64,000 nucleotides of DNA from Lentisphaeria bacterium (GCA_022768375.1 JALEMG010000026.1:2259-66258); one strand, 5' to 3'. Positions 38,819 through 48,948 are shown, numbered from the stretch's first letter. Translations and numbers: made by a program. The notes: generated by a model not told the origin, from the letters alone.

Positions 38819-41800
38819 ATGGCAAAGGCATCTGCGGAAATTTGCCGCAGCGCAGGATCGGCGGCGGGAGCCGACCGTACGATCGTTCTGGATTTTGACG
38901 GCGGGGTGCAACGCTACCGCAACACCGCGCTGGGCGTTGAGATACCGGCGGACATCGCGCCGAGCGGCATCGGCGCCGCGCGGCAAAAACACCTGGCGGC
39001 AGCACTGCGGCGCGAGGGCTTCGACATCGCACCGACGGGCGGGCGCACCATCCACATCGGGAAAACTTCCGCCTTCGACGCTTTCGGGCGCTTTGCGGGA
39101 TTGGCGGAGGGGATCGGCGCGGGCGATGCCTTTGTTTTGCTCGACGACTCCGCGAGCGACGCGGAACTCCTTAACGTCATCCGTCACGAGGCGGGGCATA
39201 TCCTCGGTACGCTCGACCACGGCGGCGCGGGGCTCGCCCGGTATGCGTTTACCCATACGTTATATAGATGGGAGTTTCAAGGGCGCGGGCTGTGGGGCGA
39301 AAACGTCTATGACGGCAGAATCGGGGCGCCGTATCTTTGGAACACGACGATAACCAGCGTTACATACACAGCGAAGGCGGCGCCCGCGAACGTCGACAAC
39401 ATATCGCTGGTGGCGGAAGTCGGCTATACCGAGACCGTATATACCTACGACTTCGAGTGCAAAGAGTGGAGTGCGGAACTCAACGGCTATCACTATACCC
39501 GCCTTAAAACTTCCCGCGACGAAATTTTACATAACTACGATTACTATTATGAGGCGTCGGGGATCAAGGCGGCGGGAACCATTTCTATTTATGGCGGTAA
39601 AGCCGACAATTGTACGGCTTATAATATGGAGGTAAGAGGCCACCTTACCGGTTACGATGTAAGAACCGAAGGCAATCAAGACGAGTGGTATGACAAAACC
39701 TTCGGTTTCGTGTGGGCACAAGGTACCGCCACCGAATGCAAGGTGACCAATAAAATGACCGTTTACGGTCGGGCGGTGGCGCTAAATTGCCAAGCGTACA
39801 GTTTGGTAGTCGGCGACTCGGCTGAGTATTACGGTGCGGACGGTCCTTCCAAGCGTGTCAGCGGGAAAGCCGTCGGCTGCACTGTTTCCTATCTTAATGT
39901 GGAACCGGGCGGCGTTGTGCAAAACATCCGGGTCGACGGATATGCCAATATCGGACTCGAAGCCAATACTCCGGAAGACAAGGCAAAGGTGGATGCGATC
40001 ATCGCGGAGCGCGGCAACGCGAAAGTAACTAATTTCTACTACAATACCGCCAACAAGCGCGGCGGTAGTGGTTCCCTCTATGCGTACCGTGGTGCCGAAG
40101 TCACTAACGTCGACACCGAAGGCACAATCTTTGCCCGTGAGGGCGCGATCCTCAAAGGGTCGCTGACTTGCGGCAGTGTTGGTTTGCAGGGAGTAACTCC
40201 TCAAAGCAACATCACCATAAAATTGGACCTTCACGACTACGCCAGCGCCAACTACTGGGAGCATTTTTCCAACATAAACGGCGAAATAGTGAAGACGGTT
40301 GAATATTTTGCCAACTACACCACCAGGACCATCATCTACGGTAAAGACGAAGAGGGTTTTTCCACCTACACCTACTCTTACGGCACCTTTGACAATGCGG
40401 ACGGCCGCTTCGACATGCGGGATTGGGTGTACACTTTCAGCGTCCATATCGGTAATGTAGATGCCTTGGCGCTGCCCTATATCACGGTCGATTTCGGCGG
40501 CACGGAAAGTGACTTCGGCGGCGGTTCGCTGAGTTTCGACTACCCCTCGAGTTCCCGCGAGATCCAGTTCGTGATGAACAGCAACAAGGAAAAGTGGCAC
40601 GAGGTCTGGGAGGATAGTTGGGGCAATGATTTAGGCGAATATCAGGGCTGGCTGGTTTACGACCCCACGCTGCACGGCGAGGTGGAGGACGTCCTGTGGC
40701 TCGAAAACGGCGAGGACGAGGGGGTCGAATACACTGTGACGCTGCCTTCCAGCGTCATGGGCGGCGCCCAAAGGGACGTCGAAATCAGCGGCGCGGAAAT
40801 CGGGGAGGTGAAACTGCAGGGGAATTCCCTGGTTTTCAAGGGCGGCGCCGACACCGGAAACATCACCGTAAAGGCGGAGGATAAAAACAACGTTCAGCAC
40901 GAGTGCGAATTGGACCTCGTCGTCGTGCCCGAGGAGTTGCCGCTTCTCGGCAAGGAGGGGGCGAGAATTTACTCCGGTGCGCTCAGCACGGCGCAGAAAC
41001 AGAAAACCACCAAGGTCTCCGTGACTTTGCCCAACGTCCATATCAACAATATGTTCGGAGCGAAGTTTGACGCCAGCAGTCTGGGCATGAATTTTACCGT
41101 CAACTGGACCACCCGCACCGCGGAGTTGAAAATTCAGGGCAAGTTGGAGTGGACGCCCAGCGGCGCCATGGCGGGCAGCGGCAAGCAGGTGAAACTCGTC
41201 ATCGATCTGTCGGGAGACAACTACATCGGCATCAGCCACAACTTCAACACCAAAAAATTCGATTGGAATCTGGTCGGCGAGATGAAAATTCCGGACTTCA
41301 AGATCGGTCAACTCGGATTTTCCAATATGGTGTTGAAAGCCAACACCGTACAACACTCGTTTTTTGCCAGCGCCAATGTCGAGTTACCGGGAGTGAAGTA
41401 CAGTTTCGGCGGCTCGATCGGCATCGTTGACGGCTGTATTGACAGTTTGAGCATCTGCATGGACAGCCTCAACATTCCTTTCGGTGCGACCGGAATGATG
41501 CTCCAGACCATTACCGCAGGTTTTTCCGGTGTGGCGACCAAGATGGTCATCACCCTCGAAGCCGGCATGGGCTTGACTTTCGGCCCCAAGAAGCATCTTT
41601 CTTTCAAGTTCGACTGGCTGGGTTTGGACGAGGGCGACTATTACATCGCCGAACTCAAGCTCGACACCCACATCACCACCGACGGTGAGTACACGGGCAC
41701 CGCCGAGGTGACGTCGCTGGGCGGCTTCATCACGGGCGGCGGCAAACTCCACATCTACAACGGGAACTTCACGCTCGACGGCAATTTCAAAATGCTGGGC

Positions 41801-44800
41801 GGCTGCATCAGTGCCAAAGGCACCCTCAATGCCTCGGACGGCAAATTCACCATTGCCGCATCCGGCAAAATGCAGGTGCCGAACGAACGGGTTTTCGGTC
41901 CGCTTGCCGGTCTGGGGCTGAGTGTCAACACCTTTACCGATTTCAACAAGCGCTACGTCAAGGCGTGGCAGGAAACGGAAATTTTCGGCAACAAATTTGC
42001 CATCGGGATCAAGAGTACTTTTGATGGCGATATTTCCCTGCTCGGTTCGACCGATCTGCTTCGGGAAATCGAAGTGCCCAAGCGGGAGATGCGTACCCTC
42101 AAGAGCATATCGGTCACCGGTTCCGGCGAAGGTTTGCGTGGTGCGGCCACGCCCTCGGCGAGCGAAAAGTACATCGTTGCCGACTACGGGGTTTCGCTTT
42201 TCCAGGTCAATTTGAGCGTTTCCGCCGCCGAAGTCAGCACTTCGCTGGTCTATGACGGCGTGGAGTACACGCAGGCGGATATCGCCGCCGGGCTCTACGG
42301 CAACATGCAGATCGTCAGCGAGTTCAGCAATGATAACGTCATCACCATCGCGGTCGAAAACGCGGGGCTCGGCGAGTGGACGATCAACAGTTACGGCGAC
42401 TCCGACGCGCTTTTCAACGCGTTCACGATGGCCGATGCCGTCACCCGTCCGCAACTTGACGCGGTGGTGCTGGGCGAAACGGCCCGGAGCGCCACGATCC
42501 GCTACACCCTCAGTGATTACTCGGCGCTCGAAAACGCCACCATTTCCGTTTTCCGCACGACCGCCGACGACACAGAGCATCAGGGCCTGATGCTGGCGGA
42601 AATGGCGATCGAAGACGCGACCGGAATTTTCGAGTACGAAATGCGCGAAGATGAAAGTCACGGCGGCGCGTATGCCTTTTATATCATGGTCAACAGTGAC
42701 AGCCACACTCCGGTCTACAGCGTGATCAGCGACGCCTATACCTTCGCCGACCACGACATTATGGCACCCAATCAGATTCAGAGCATCGACGCGATTTATC
42801 TCTCGACCGGTTCGACGCTCGCATGGGAAGCGCCGTATGACGATTTCGCCGTCGTCGGGTACAAGGTCGGCTATCGCGCCTCCGAGGCGGATGAGTGGAC
42901 CGAGACCGACGTCGCGGAGCCGACTTTCACCTTCAACGCCGTCCCCAACGGCATCTATACCTACCGGGTCGCGGCTTGCGACGCGGCGGGCAACGTCGCC
43001 GCGTGGAGCGTTGAAGATTCGGTGCTCGTCAACCTCGGTTCCAACGCGACGTACCGAAACGCCAGTCTCACCGAAGATACCGCGCTCGCCGAATACGAAG
43101 GCGCGGTCAGCGTCGACGCGTCGGCAGTCAAACTCACCGCCGCCAAAAACTCGCTCGTTTCCGCTTCGACGCTCGGCGCCGCGGAGATCCGCGGCATCGC
43201 GGAAAACACGGTTTTCAGCGGCGAAGCCGAACTGTTTGAGGGGGCGCAGGGGCGCGATCTCACCGTCAGCGGTCATCTTAATGTCGGGGTCAACACCGAG
43301 GAGGAGATCGAGGCACTCAATCCCTTTGTGGATGAAATTCCGGAAAGCGTCATCAATACCACCAATCTTGCCACGGCGGAAAACGTCAACGTGGTTTCCG
43401 GCGGTACGCTCACGGTCGGGAGTTTCGGCCGGGCGAACGGCGTTACCGTTTCTTCGGGCGGCGCGCTGCACCTTTCGGGCGATGCGAAGTTTTCCGGCGT
43501 TGCGATCGATTATGGCGCTGTGGTCACGATCAGCGGCAATGGGCGTTACGACCTGACCGACGACATTGCAATCGCTGGCAAACTCAATACCAACCGGAAT
43601 GTTTACGGCAACGGTTACAAGATCCGTTTCGAGCAGTATAAGCAGACGGCCGAATTTCAAAATTCCCTTGACGACGTCGCCTTCGTGTCGGATATGGACA
43701 AACTCGTCGGCGACGTTCTGGAAATCGAGATCGACTCCGAAGCGTACGGGAGTTACAAGATCGCGGACGAGGCGAAGTACTTCGACAGTACGATCAAGAT
43801 CGTCAGTCACAACGACGGAAGTGCGGCGAAGGTCGGTCTGGGAGAATTCACCCTCGTCGACAACGCCCTCTGCCGACTGGTTTATTACAACGACAAATAC
43901 GGCACTTACGGTCTGTATCTTGATGTCGCCCGGTCACAGATCGACGCGCCGACCCTTTCGGTGGAAAACGCCGAGAACGATTACGAGGATACCATTAGCG
44001 TCAGCGCCGCGCCCGCGGACGGTACCGGAGAGGTGACGCAGTACACTTTCCGCTACTCGACCAACGCGGATATGAGTGATGCGGTGATCGTTACCCCCCA
44101 AAAGAATACGTTCACCATCGCCAAAGACGAATTGACCGCCAACGCCACTTACTATATGCAGGTAAGCGTGGAAAATACCAACGGCGTCCAAAGTCTCTGG
44201 AGCGAGGCGCGGAGTTTCACCGTGATCCCGAAACTCAACCGCCCCGATGCCCCGCTGCTCTCGATCGATTACGCCGACAACCGGTATTGGAACTACTTCA
44301 CCGTCAGTGCGAACTACGACTGGTATTCCAGAGAAAAACAGTACTCCTTCCGCTACTCGCTCAATGCGGATATGTCGGACGCCGTGGTCGTCACCGCCGA
44401 CGAGTGGTACTCTTACATCGACCTCGCCAAAGACGATTTCACCGCCAACACCGCCTATTACATCCAGGGCCGCGCGAAAAACCGCGAGGATATCTGGGGC
44501 GACTGGGGCACTACGACGAGTTTCACCGTGGTCCCGGTTTCCGACGTACCCCCCGCGGCGCCGACCAATCTGACGGTTACTGAAACCGACGGCGGAGCCG
44601 TGGGGCTTTACCGTCTGTCGGTCTACCGCGATACCGATAACTACGACATCAAAAGTTATCGCTTCCGCTATGCGGATAACCCCGAAATGGAAAACGCGGT
44701 CACCGTCAGCACGAGCAGCGCCGATTACAACTACACCACCGTCAACCGCTCCGATTTGGAAAACGGTAAGGTCTACTACTTCCAGTCGGCGGTGAAGTTG

Positions 44801-47371
44801 GGCACCGAGTGGAGCAGTTGGAGCGATTCGGTGTCAGTCCGCAACACTTTGGGGTGGAACTACGAAAATATCACCGTTGATGTTGACGGTCCGTATGCCA
44901 AATTGTCGCTCAACGGCAAGCGGGCGCGCAACGTCACGGTTGTTGACGGCGGCTACTTCTACGGCGGCGGCCGGGTCGACGGACTTACGGTTGAAGCCGG
45001 CGGCTTCTTCCGCAGCGATAGCGCGGAGGTCACTAACGCGGTAGTCAACGGCGGTAATTTTTGGCTGTATGAGGGCGGCAACGTTACCGATTTGGTGATC
45101 AATTCCGGTGAACTTCGCCTCATCAACGGTACGCTCAACGGCGCGTTTATCGGCGCCGGCGCCGTTGCCGAAATTACCGGATACAACACCCCGACTTTGA
45201 CCGGCACGATCACCATTGCCGGGGGAATGCAAATATACTACTATCATCCCGGCATCACCAGCGATGCGAACTTCGTCTTCGACCTCGGCGCGCACGAAGG
45301 CGACAAGGATAAGTTCTTCATCGATTATGCCGCGCCGCTGTCGGGCAGCCGCACCTTCACCGTGAAACTCGACGATACCCCGGAAACGGGCAACTACAAA
45401 CTTACTCACACCCCCGCTTCCGGTGAATTCAGCGTCGGGCTTGTCGGCGCCGACGGTTCAAGTCAGGGAGTGCTTTCGCTCAGCGGAGAAGCCGTTTTGT
45501 ACGACAACTTGTACTACTCGCTCATCCAGCAGAGCGGTGAAACTTACCTGCACGTTTCCGACAGCGATGCTCCGGTTTTCCTCGGCAAGGTCAAACTTGC
45601 CAAAAACGGCGCGGTTTACGATTCCGAAGACAGTTACCGCGATTTGGAAATTTCCGGCTCCGATGATTGCGACTACGCACTGGTGGAAGCGGGCGGCAGG
45701 CTCACCGACGTCACGATCGGTCCGGGCGGCGCGGTCGACGCCTACGGCGAAGTCCGCGGCGCGACGATCGGAAACGGCGGTCGGCTCACGATGAATGCGG
45801 GCGGTCTCTTCAGCGACAGCCCCGTCACCATCGACAAGGGCGGCGAAGTCGTCATCAACGGCGGCTCCGTCCGGCAGAGCGCGAAGTTCAATATTGCCGG
45901 AACTTTGACCGTCAACGGCGCATTGCGGAGTTACGAGGACAACGACGGTTCGTATTATCCCGTCTACCATGATTTCAACTTCGTCCTCAGTGAGTTCGCC
46001 TCTCCGAATACGTCCGTGATGATCTCCGACTACGAACTGCTGAAAACATGCGACGCCTCCTTCTCCGTCAGCGTCTCGGCCAATCAGGCGGAGGGCGAGT
46101 ACCAACTCATGGGCAATGCCGCGAACTACGCTTTCGGCATCACCCTCTACATCGAAGGCGGCGCGAGTTACGGGGACTACATCTGGTTCGGCGGCAACGG
46201 AAGCGAGATCAACGGGAGGGACTATGCGCTCTCCGTCAAGGATGACATACTGACGCTGACCGTGGGCGAAAGCGCGCCGCCCACGCCGATCATCGTTTCC
46301 GACGTCATCGCCCGCACCCAGTGGTGGGATCAGCCCTCCGATACCGGAAGTTACGTCGTGGAGTACTCGACCGACGACTTCGAACACGCCGTGCGGATCG
46401 TCGTCAACGACACCGCGCTGGATTCCTACGCCGCGCCCGCCGGATGTCAGTGGCGTGTGCGCCCCGAAGGCAGCGGCGAGTGGACCGAACCAGACACCAT
46501 CTACGGTGCTCCGACGGATGGCGAGCCCAAGTTCGTCCGGTCCAACGCCGACGGCGTCGACGACGTCTTCTTCGCCCGCGCCAACGGCACATGGGATGGC
46601 GGCTATCAGGCGAAACACGTCGGGTCACTCGACAGCGAGTGGGCGGGGACCGGCGAACGGGTCGGTCTCGCCGGCAAGAACCGCCTCGGCGACTTTTTCG
46701 AGGGTTCCTACGACGCCAACGTGCTGCTGCTCACCGACGACGCCAACGGCGACGCGCTTTTCGTCGACGATATCTACACCGCGCTGCCCGGTTCGCTTGA
46801 GGAGCAGCAGGCCCGCATCGCGCAGATCTATGAGATCCGGGCGGGCGCGGGAGACGATATCGTCGATATGACGAGCCAGCGCTTCGAGTATGTCGGCGAC
46901 GGTTTGACCATCCGCGGCGGCGGCGGCGACGACACCATCTGGGCCGTCGGCTACGGCAACTACCTTTTCGGCGACGCCGGAAATGACCGCATCGTCGGAG
47001 CCTCCGGGTTCGACTTCATCGCCGGCGGAGCGGGTGACGACTCGATGCACGGCGGCGGCGGAATGGACGTCTTCACCTTCGGCGGGAACTGGGGCAAGGA
47101 CATCGTCGAACAACTCGGAGACGAGGAAAGTCGGGTCATGCTGTGGTTCGCCGAGGGCGATCACGCGCATTGGGACGCTTCGACGCTGACCTACACGGAC
47201 GGAAGCAACTCCGTGACCGTCATGGGCGTCACCGCGGATCAGGTCGAGATCTACATCGGCGACGAATTCCCGTGGGACTTCGAGATGATGAGCGAACTCG
47301 GCATATTCGCCGACGCGACAAGTGAAAACGTCTTCGAGGGAAAGAACAAGGGGCTCCTGGCAACGCTCTGA
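38819..47371 (+). CDS. giant (2850 aa) secreted adhesin/protease-like protein: metzincin-like N-terminus, beta-helix (AIDA-like) segments, FN3-like modules and C-terminal RTX calcium-binding repeats
   Basis: Single uninterrupted ORF with a good RBS. Domain calls come from motifs read in the translation (see sub-features). There is no N-terminal signal peptide. Confidence 0.85.
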   Translation: MAKASAEICRSAGSAAGADRTIVLDFDGGVQRYRNTALGVEIPADIAPSGIGAARQKHLAAALRREGFDIAPTGGRTIHIGKTSAFDAFGRFAGLAEGIGAGDAFVLLDDSASDAELLNVIRHEAGHILGTLDHGGAGLARYAFTHTLYRWEFQGRGLWGENVYDGRIGAPYLWNTTITSVTYTAKAAPANVDNISLVAEVGYTETVYTYDFECKEWSAELNGYHYTRLKTSRDEILHNYDYYYEASGIKAAGTISIYGGKADNCTAYNMEVRGHLTGYDVRTEGNQDEWYDKTFGFVWAQGTATECKVTNKMTVYGRAVALNCQAYSLVVGDSAEYYGADGPSKRVSGKAVGCTVSYLNVEPGGVVQNIRVDGYANIGLEANTPEDKAKVDAIIAERGNAKVTNFYYNTANKRGGSGSLYAYRGAEVTNVDTEGTIFAREGAILKGSLTCGSVGLQGVTPQSNITIKLDLHDYASANYWEHFSNINGEIVKTVEYFANYTTRTIIYGKDEEGFSTYTYSYGTFDNADGRFDMRDWVYTFSVHIGNVDALALPYITVDFGGTESDFGGGSLSFDYPSSSREIQFVMNSNKEKWHEVWEDSWGNDLGEYQGWLVYDPTLHGEVEDVLWLENGEDEGVEYTVTLPSSVMGGAQRDVEISGAEIGEVKLQGNSLVFKGGADTGNITVKAEDKNNVQHECELDLVVVPEELPLLGKEGARIYSGALSTAQKQKTTKVSVTLPNVHINNMFGAKFDASSLGMNFTVNWTTRTAELKIQGKLEWTPSGAMAGSGKQVKLVIDLSGDNYIGISHNFNTKKFDWNLVGEMKIPDFKIGQLGFSNMVLKANTVQHSFFASANVELPGVKYSFGGSIGIVDGCIDSLSICMDSLNIPFGATGMMLQTITAGFSGVATKMVITLEAGMGLTFGPKKHLSFKFDWLGLDEGDYYIAELKLDTHITTDGEYTGTAEVTSLGGFITGGGKLHIYNGNFTLDGNFKMLGGCISAKGTLNASDGKFTIAASGKMQVPNERVFGPLAGLGLSVNTFTDFNKRYVKAWQETEIFGNKFAIGIKSTFDGDISLLGSTDLLREIEVPKREMRTLKSISVTGSGEGLRGAATPSASEKYIVADYGVSLFQVNLSVSAAEVSTSLVYDGVEYTQADIAAGLYGNMQIVSEFSNDNVITIAVENAGLGEWTINSYGDSDALFNAFTMADAVTRPQLDAVVLGETARSATIRYTLSDYSALENATISVFRTTADDTEHQGLMLAEMAIEDATGIFEYEMREDESHGGAYAFYIMVNSDSHTPVYSVISDAYTFADHDIMAPNQIQSIDAIYLSTGSTLAWEAPYDDFAVVGYKVGYRASEADEWTETDVAEPTFTFNAVPNGIYTYRVAACDAAGNVAAWSVEDSVLVNLGSNATYRNASLTEDTALAEYEGAVSVDASAVKLTAAKNSLVSASTLGAAEIRGIAENTVFSGEAELFEGAQGRDLTVSGHLNVGVNTEEEIEALNPFVDEIPESVINTTNLATAENVNVVSGGTLTVGSFGRANGVTVSSGGALHLSGDAKFSGVAIDYGAVVTISGNGRYDLTDDIAIAGKLNTNRNVYGNGYKIRFEQYKQTAEFQNSLDDVAFVSDMDKLVGDVLEIEIDSEAYGSYKIADEAKYFDSTIKIVSHNDGSAAKVGLGEFTLVDNALCRLVYYNDKYGTYGLYLDVARSQIDAPTLSVENAENDYEDTISVSAAPADGTGEVTQYTFRYSTNADMSDAVIVTPQKNTFTIAKDELTANATYYMQVSVENTNGVQSLWSEARSFTVIPKLNRPDAPLLSIDYADNRYWNYFTVSANYDWYSREKQYSFRYSLNADMSDAVVVTADEWYSYIDLAKDDFTANTAYYIQGRAKNREDIWGDWGTTTSFTVVPVSDVPPAAPTNLTVTETDGGAVGLYRLSVYRDTDNYDIKSYRFRYADNPEMENAVTVSTSSADYNYTTVNRSDLENGKVYYFQSAVKLGTEWSSWSDSVSVRNTLGWNYENITVDVDGPYAKLSLNGKRARNVTVVDGGYFYGGGRVDGLTVEAGGFFRSDSAEVTNAVVNGGNFWLYEGGNVTDLVINSGELRLINGTLNGAFIGAGAVAEITGYNTPTLTGTITIAGGMQIYYYHPGITSDANFVFDLGAHEGDKDKFFIDYAAPLSGSRTFTVKLDDTPETGNYKLTHTPASGEFSVGLVGADGSSQGVLSLSGEAVLYDNLYYSLIQQSGETYLHVSDSDAPVFLGKVKLAKNGAVYDSEDSYRDLEISGSDDCDYALVEAGGRLTDVTIGPGGAVDAYGEVRGATIGNGGRLTMNAGGLFSDSPVTIDKGGEVVINGGSVRQSAKFNIAGTLTVNGALRSYEDNDGSYYPVYHDFNFVLSEFASPNTSVMISDYELLKTCDASFSVSVSANQAEGEYQLMGNAANYAFGITLYIEGGASYGDYIWFGGNGSEINGRDYALSVKDDILTLTVGESAPPTPIIVSDVIARTQWWDQPSDTGSYVVEYSTDDFEHAVRIVVNDTALDSYAAPAGCQWRVRPEGSGEWTEPDTIYGAPTDGEPKFVRSNADGVDDVFFARANGTWDGGYQAKHVGSLDSEWAGTGERVGLAGKNRLGDFFEGSYDANVLLLTDDANGDALFVDDIYTALPGSLEEQQARIAQIYEIRAGAGDDIVDMTSQRFEYVGDGLTIRGGGGDDTIWAVGYGNYLFGDAGNDRIVGASGFDFIAGGAGDDSMHGGGGMDVFTFGGNWGKDIVEQLGDEESRVMLWFAEGDHAHWDASTLTYTDGSNSVTVMGVTADQVEIYIGDEFPWDFEMMSELGIFADATSENVFEGKNKGLLATL
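39185..39220 (+). other. zinc-metallopeptidase motif HEAGHILGTLDH inside the giant ORF (aa 123-134)
   Basis: HExxHxxGxxD(H) pattern. It matches the metzincin consensus with Asp at the third-ligand position, as in snapalysin-type enzymes, with His one residue later. Confidence 0.55.
42764..43030 (+). other. fibronectin type III-like module in the giant ORF
   Basis: LAWEAPYDDFAVVGYKVGYR...YTYRVAACDAAGN pattern, typical of FN3. Confidence 0.6.
43391..43537 (+). repeat. AIDA-like strand-loop-strand (xSGGxxxV) beta-helix segment 1
   Basis: VVSGGTLTVGSFGRANGVTVSSGGALHLSGDAKFSGVAIDYGAVVTISG. Confidence 0.5.
43937..44845 (+). repeat. three tandem modules of about 100 aa (FN3/Ig-like) in the giant ORF
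   Basis: Repeated pattern Y(T/S/R)FRY(S/A)xNADMSDAVxV...TANxxYY(M/I)Q...WSxxxSFTV, read three times in the translation. Confidence 0.7.
44930..45181 (+). repeat. AIDA-like strand-loop-strand beta-helix segment 2
   Basis: NVTVVDGGYFYGGGRVDGLTVEAGGFFRSDSAEVTNAVVNGGNFWLYEGGNVTDLVINSGELRLINGTL... Confidence 0.5.
45677..45871 (+). repeat. AIDA-like strand-loop-strand beta-helix segment 3
   Basis: ALVEAGGRLTDVTIGPGGAVDAYGEVRGATIGNGGRLTMNAGGLFSDSPVTIDKGGEVVINGGSV. Confidence 0.5.
46844..47086 (+). repeat. RTX-type (hemolysin-type) calcium-binding nonapeptide repeats
   Basis: GAGDDIVDM, GGGGDDTIW, GDAGNDRIV, GGAGDDSMHGGGGMDVFTF, about 95 aa before the C-terminus. Confidence 0.75.
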
Positions 47372-47613
47372 GCGGCGGGGCCATAAAATAAAAAATCTGC
47401 CACCGGGTGCTACCCGGACGTGATCCAGCGGCGGAACGCTGGTCGCCGCTTGACGCGGCGAAATTTCAGCGAAGCGTTGAAGTCGGCGCAAGCCGATACC
47501 TCCCGCCGGAAGCGATGTCCCGGAAATCCTTTCCGGGACGGTTGAGCGGGAGGCGGCTGATCGCACGGAACAGAAAATCAGGTATCTTTTAGTACAGAGC
47601 CAATCGGAATATT

Positions 47614-48759
47614 TCAGCGGGAGAAACGGACTTCGCCGCCCACCAGCGTCTTGCACACGGTGAAATCCGCGTCCAGCAAGGCGATGTCCGCCAGATATCC
47701 CGGCAGCAGATAGCCGCGATCATTCAATCCCAGCGACCGCGCCGCGGACGCGGAAGTGGCGCGCACCGCTTCGCACATGGGCAGTCCGGTAACTTCGCAG
47801 ACATTCCTGAACGCGGTGGCCAGTTGCAGTGTACTTCCGGCCAGCGCCCCGCCCTCTTTCAACCGGGCCGCGCCGCCGGAAACCATGACCGGCAGACCGC
47901 CGAGAGAGTATTCGCCGTCCGGCATGGCCGCGGCGCGCATCGCGTCGGTGATCAGCACCACGTGGTCCGCGCCCTTCACCTGAAATACCAATCGGATCAT
48001 CTCCGGAGAAATGTGCAGTTTATCGCAGATCAACTCCGCAAACACGTCACGGTGCAGCAGACCGGCGCCCACCAGTCCGATGTCCCGGTGATGCAGCGGC
48101 GTCATCTGGTTGCAGAAATGGGAAAGATTGCGCAATCCGGTCTCATACGCCGCCTTGAAGGTCGGATATTTGGCCGCGCTGTGGGTGCAGGATGGCACGA
48201 TCCCCCGGTTGAGCATCGCGCCGACGAACTCCACTCCGCCTTCGGCTTCGATGGCGAAGGTGATCTTTTTCACCGGACAGACCGCGTTGAGCCGATCCAC
48301 TTCCGCCGCGTCGGGCACACGGACGTATTCCGGATTCTGCGCGCCGGCGCACTTGAGGTTGATGTACGGTCCCTCCAGATGCACACCCGGGATCCGGCAC
48401 CCCTGCCCCGGATCGCAGGCGGCCACCGCCCGCAGTGCCGCGGTCAACTCCGCTTCACTCAGAGTCAACGTGGTGGGAAGCAGTGTGGTCACGCCTTCAG
48501 CAAGTTTGTTTTTTACGATTTCCGCCGTACCCGCTTCCGACCCGTCGCAGAAGTCGAAACTGTTGCGGCCGTGGCAATGCACGTCAATGAATCCGGGAAC
48601 CGCGGTCAGCCCTTCGGCGTCGATCACCCGGGCTCCGGCCGGTGCGCGGAGATCCCCCGGCGCGATTTGGATAATCGTTTCATCCTGAATCAGGATCGCG
48701 GCTTCCGGCATATCCACCCCGGGAGAAACCAACCGGCAGTTTTTGATCAGTGTCTTCAT
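47614..48759 (-). CDS. nagA: N-acetylglucosamine-6-phosphate deacetylase
   Basis: IDVHCHG metal site and NagA-like sequence throughout. I chose the internal ATG preceded by AGGAGG. Confidence 0.9.
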   Translation of the reverse strand: MKTLIKNCRLVSPGVDMPEAAILIQDETIIQIAPGDLRAPAGARVIDAEGLTAVPGFIDVHCHGRNSFDFCDGSEAGTAEIVKNKLAEGVTTLLPTTLTLSEAELTAALRAVAACDPGQGCRIPGVHLEGPYINLKCAGAQNPEYVRVPDAAEVDRLNAVCPVKKITFAIEAEGGVEFVGAMLNRGIVPSCTHSAAKYPTFKAAYETGLRNLSHFCNQMTPLHHRDIGLVGAGLLHRDVFAELICDKLHISPEMIRLVFQVKGADHVVLITDAMRAAAMPDGEYSLGGLPVMVSGGAARLKEGGALAGSTLQLATAFRNVCEVTGLPMCEAVRATSASAARSLGLNDRGYLLPGYLADIALLDADFTVCKTLVGGEVRFSR

Positions 48760-48885
48760 TGCTTTACCTCCTGCTGAAAAAACAGTGTTCAACTTCCACG
48801 ATTTTAAGATACTGCACCAAACGATTTTATGCAATCGACGCTTCGATATTCTTTATGGACTTTCCGGCAAAATCACTGACTTCGG

Positions 48886-48914
48886 TTGCAATCCCCGCGT
48901 TCCGGTGGTATATT
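48886..48914 (+). promoter_or_regulatory. sigma70-like promoter for the nucleotidyltransferase/kinase pair
   Basis: TTGCAA, 17-nt spacer, TATATT. It is divergent from nagA. Confidence 0.45.
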
Positions 48915-48948
48915 GGATGGAATACAGCAACGGAAAGGAAATACGTCG

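Noticed and set aside
41384-43810. 808-aa minus-strand ORF, plus several other 100-390-aa ORFs, inside the giant gene
   Set aside because: They are antisense to an uninterrupted 8.5-kb ORF that has clear repeat and domain structure. No independent features support them.
37582-47371. Rhomboid gene directly upstream of the giant protein as a rhombosortase / GlyGly-CTERM pair
   Set aside because: The giant protein ends ...FEGKNKGLLATL, with no Gly-Gly motif, no C-terminal TM helix and no basic tail. The rhomboid has zinc-ribbon N-domains rather than the compact rhombosortase layout.
47372-47613. Known structured RNAs (4.5S/SRP RNA, RNase P RNA, tmRNA) in the hairpin-rich gap
   Set aside because: The diagnostic motifs are absent on both strands as far as I can read: the SRP domain IV GGAA/AGCA loops and the RNase P GGAAAGUCCGG.
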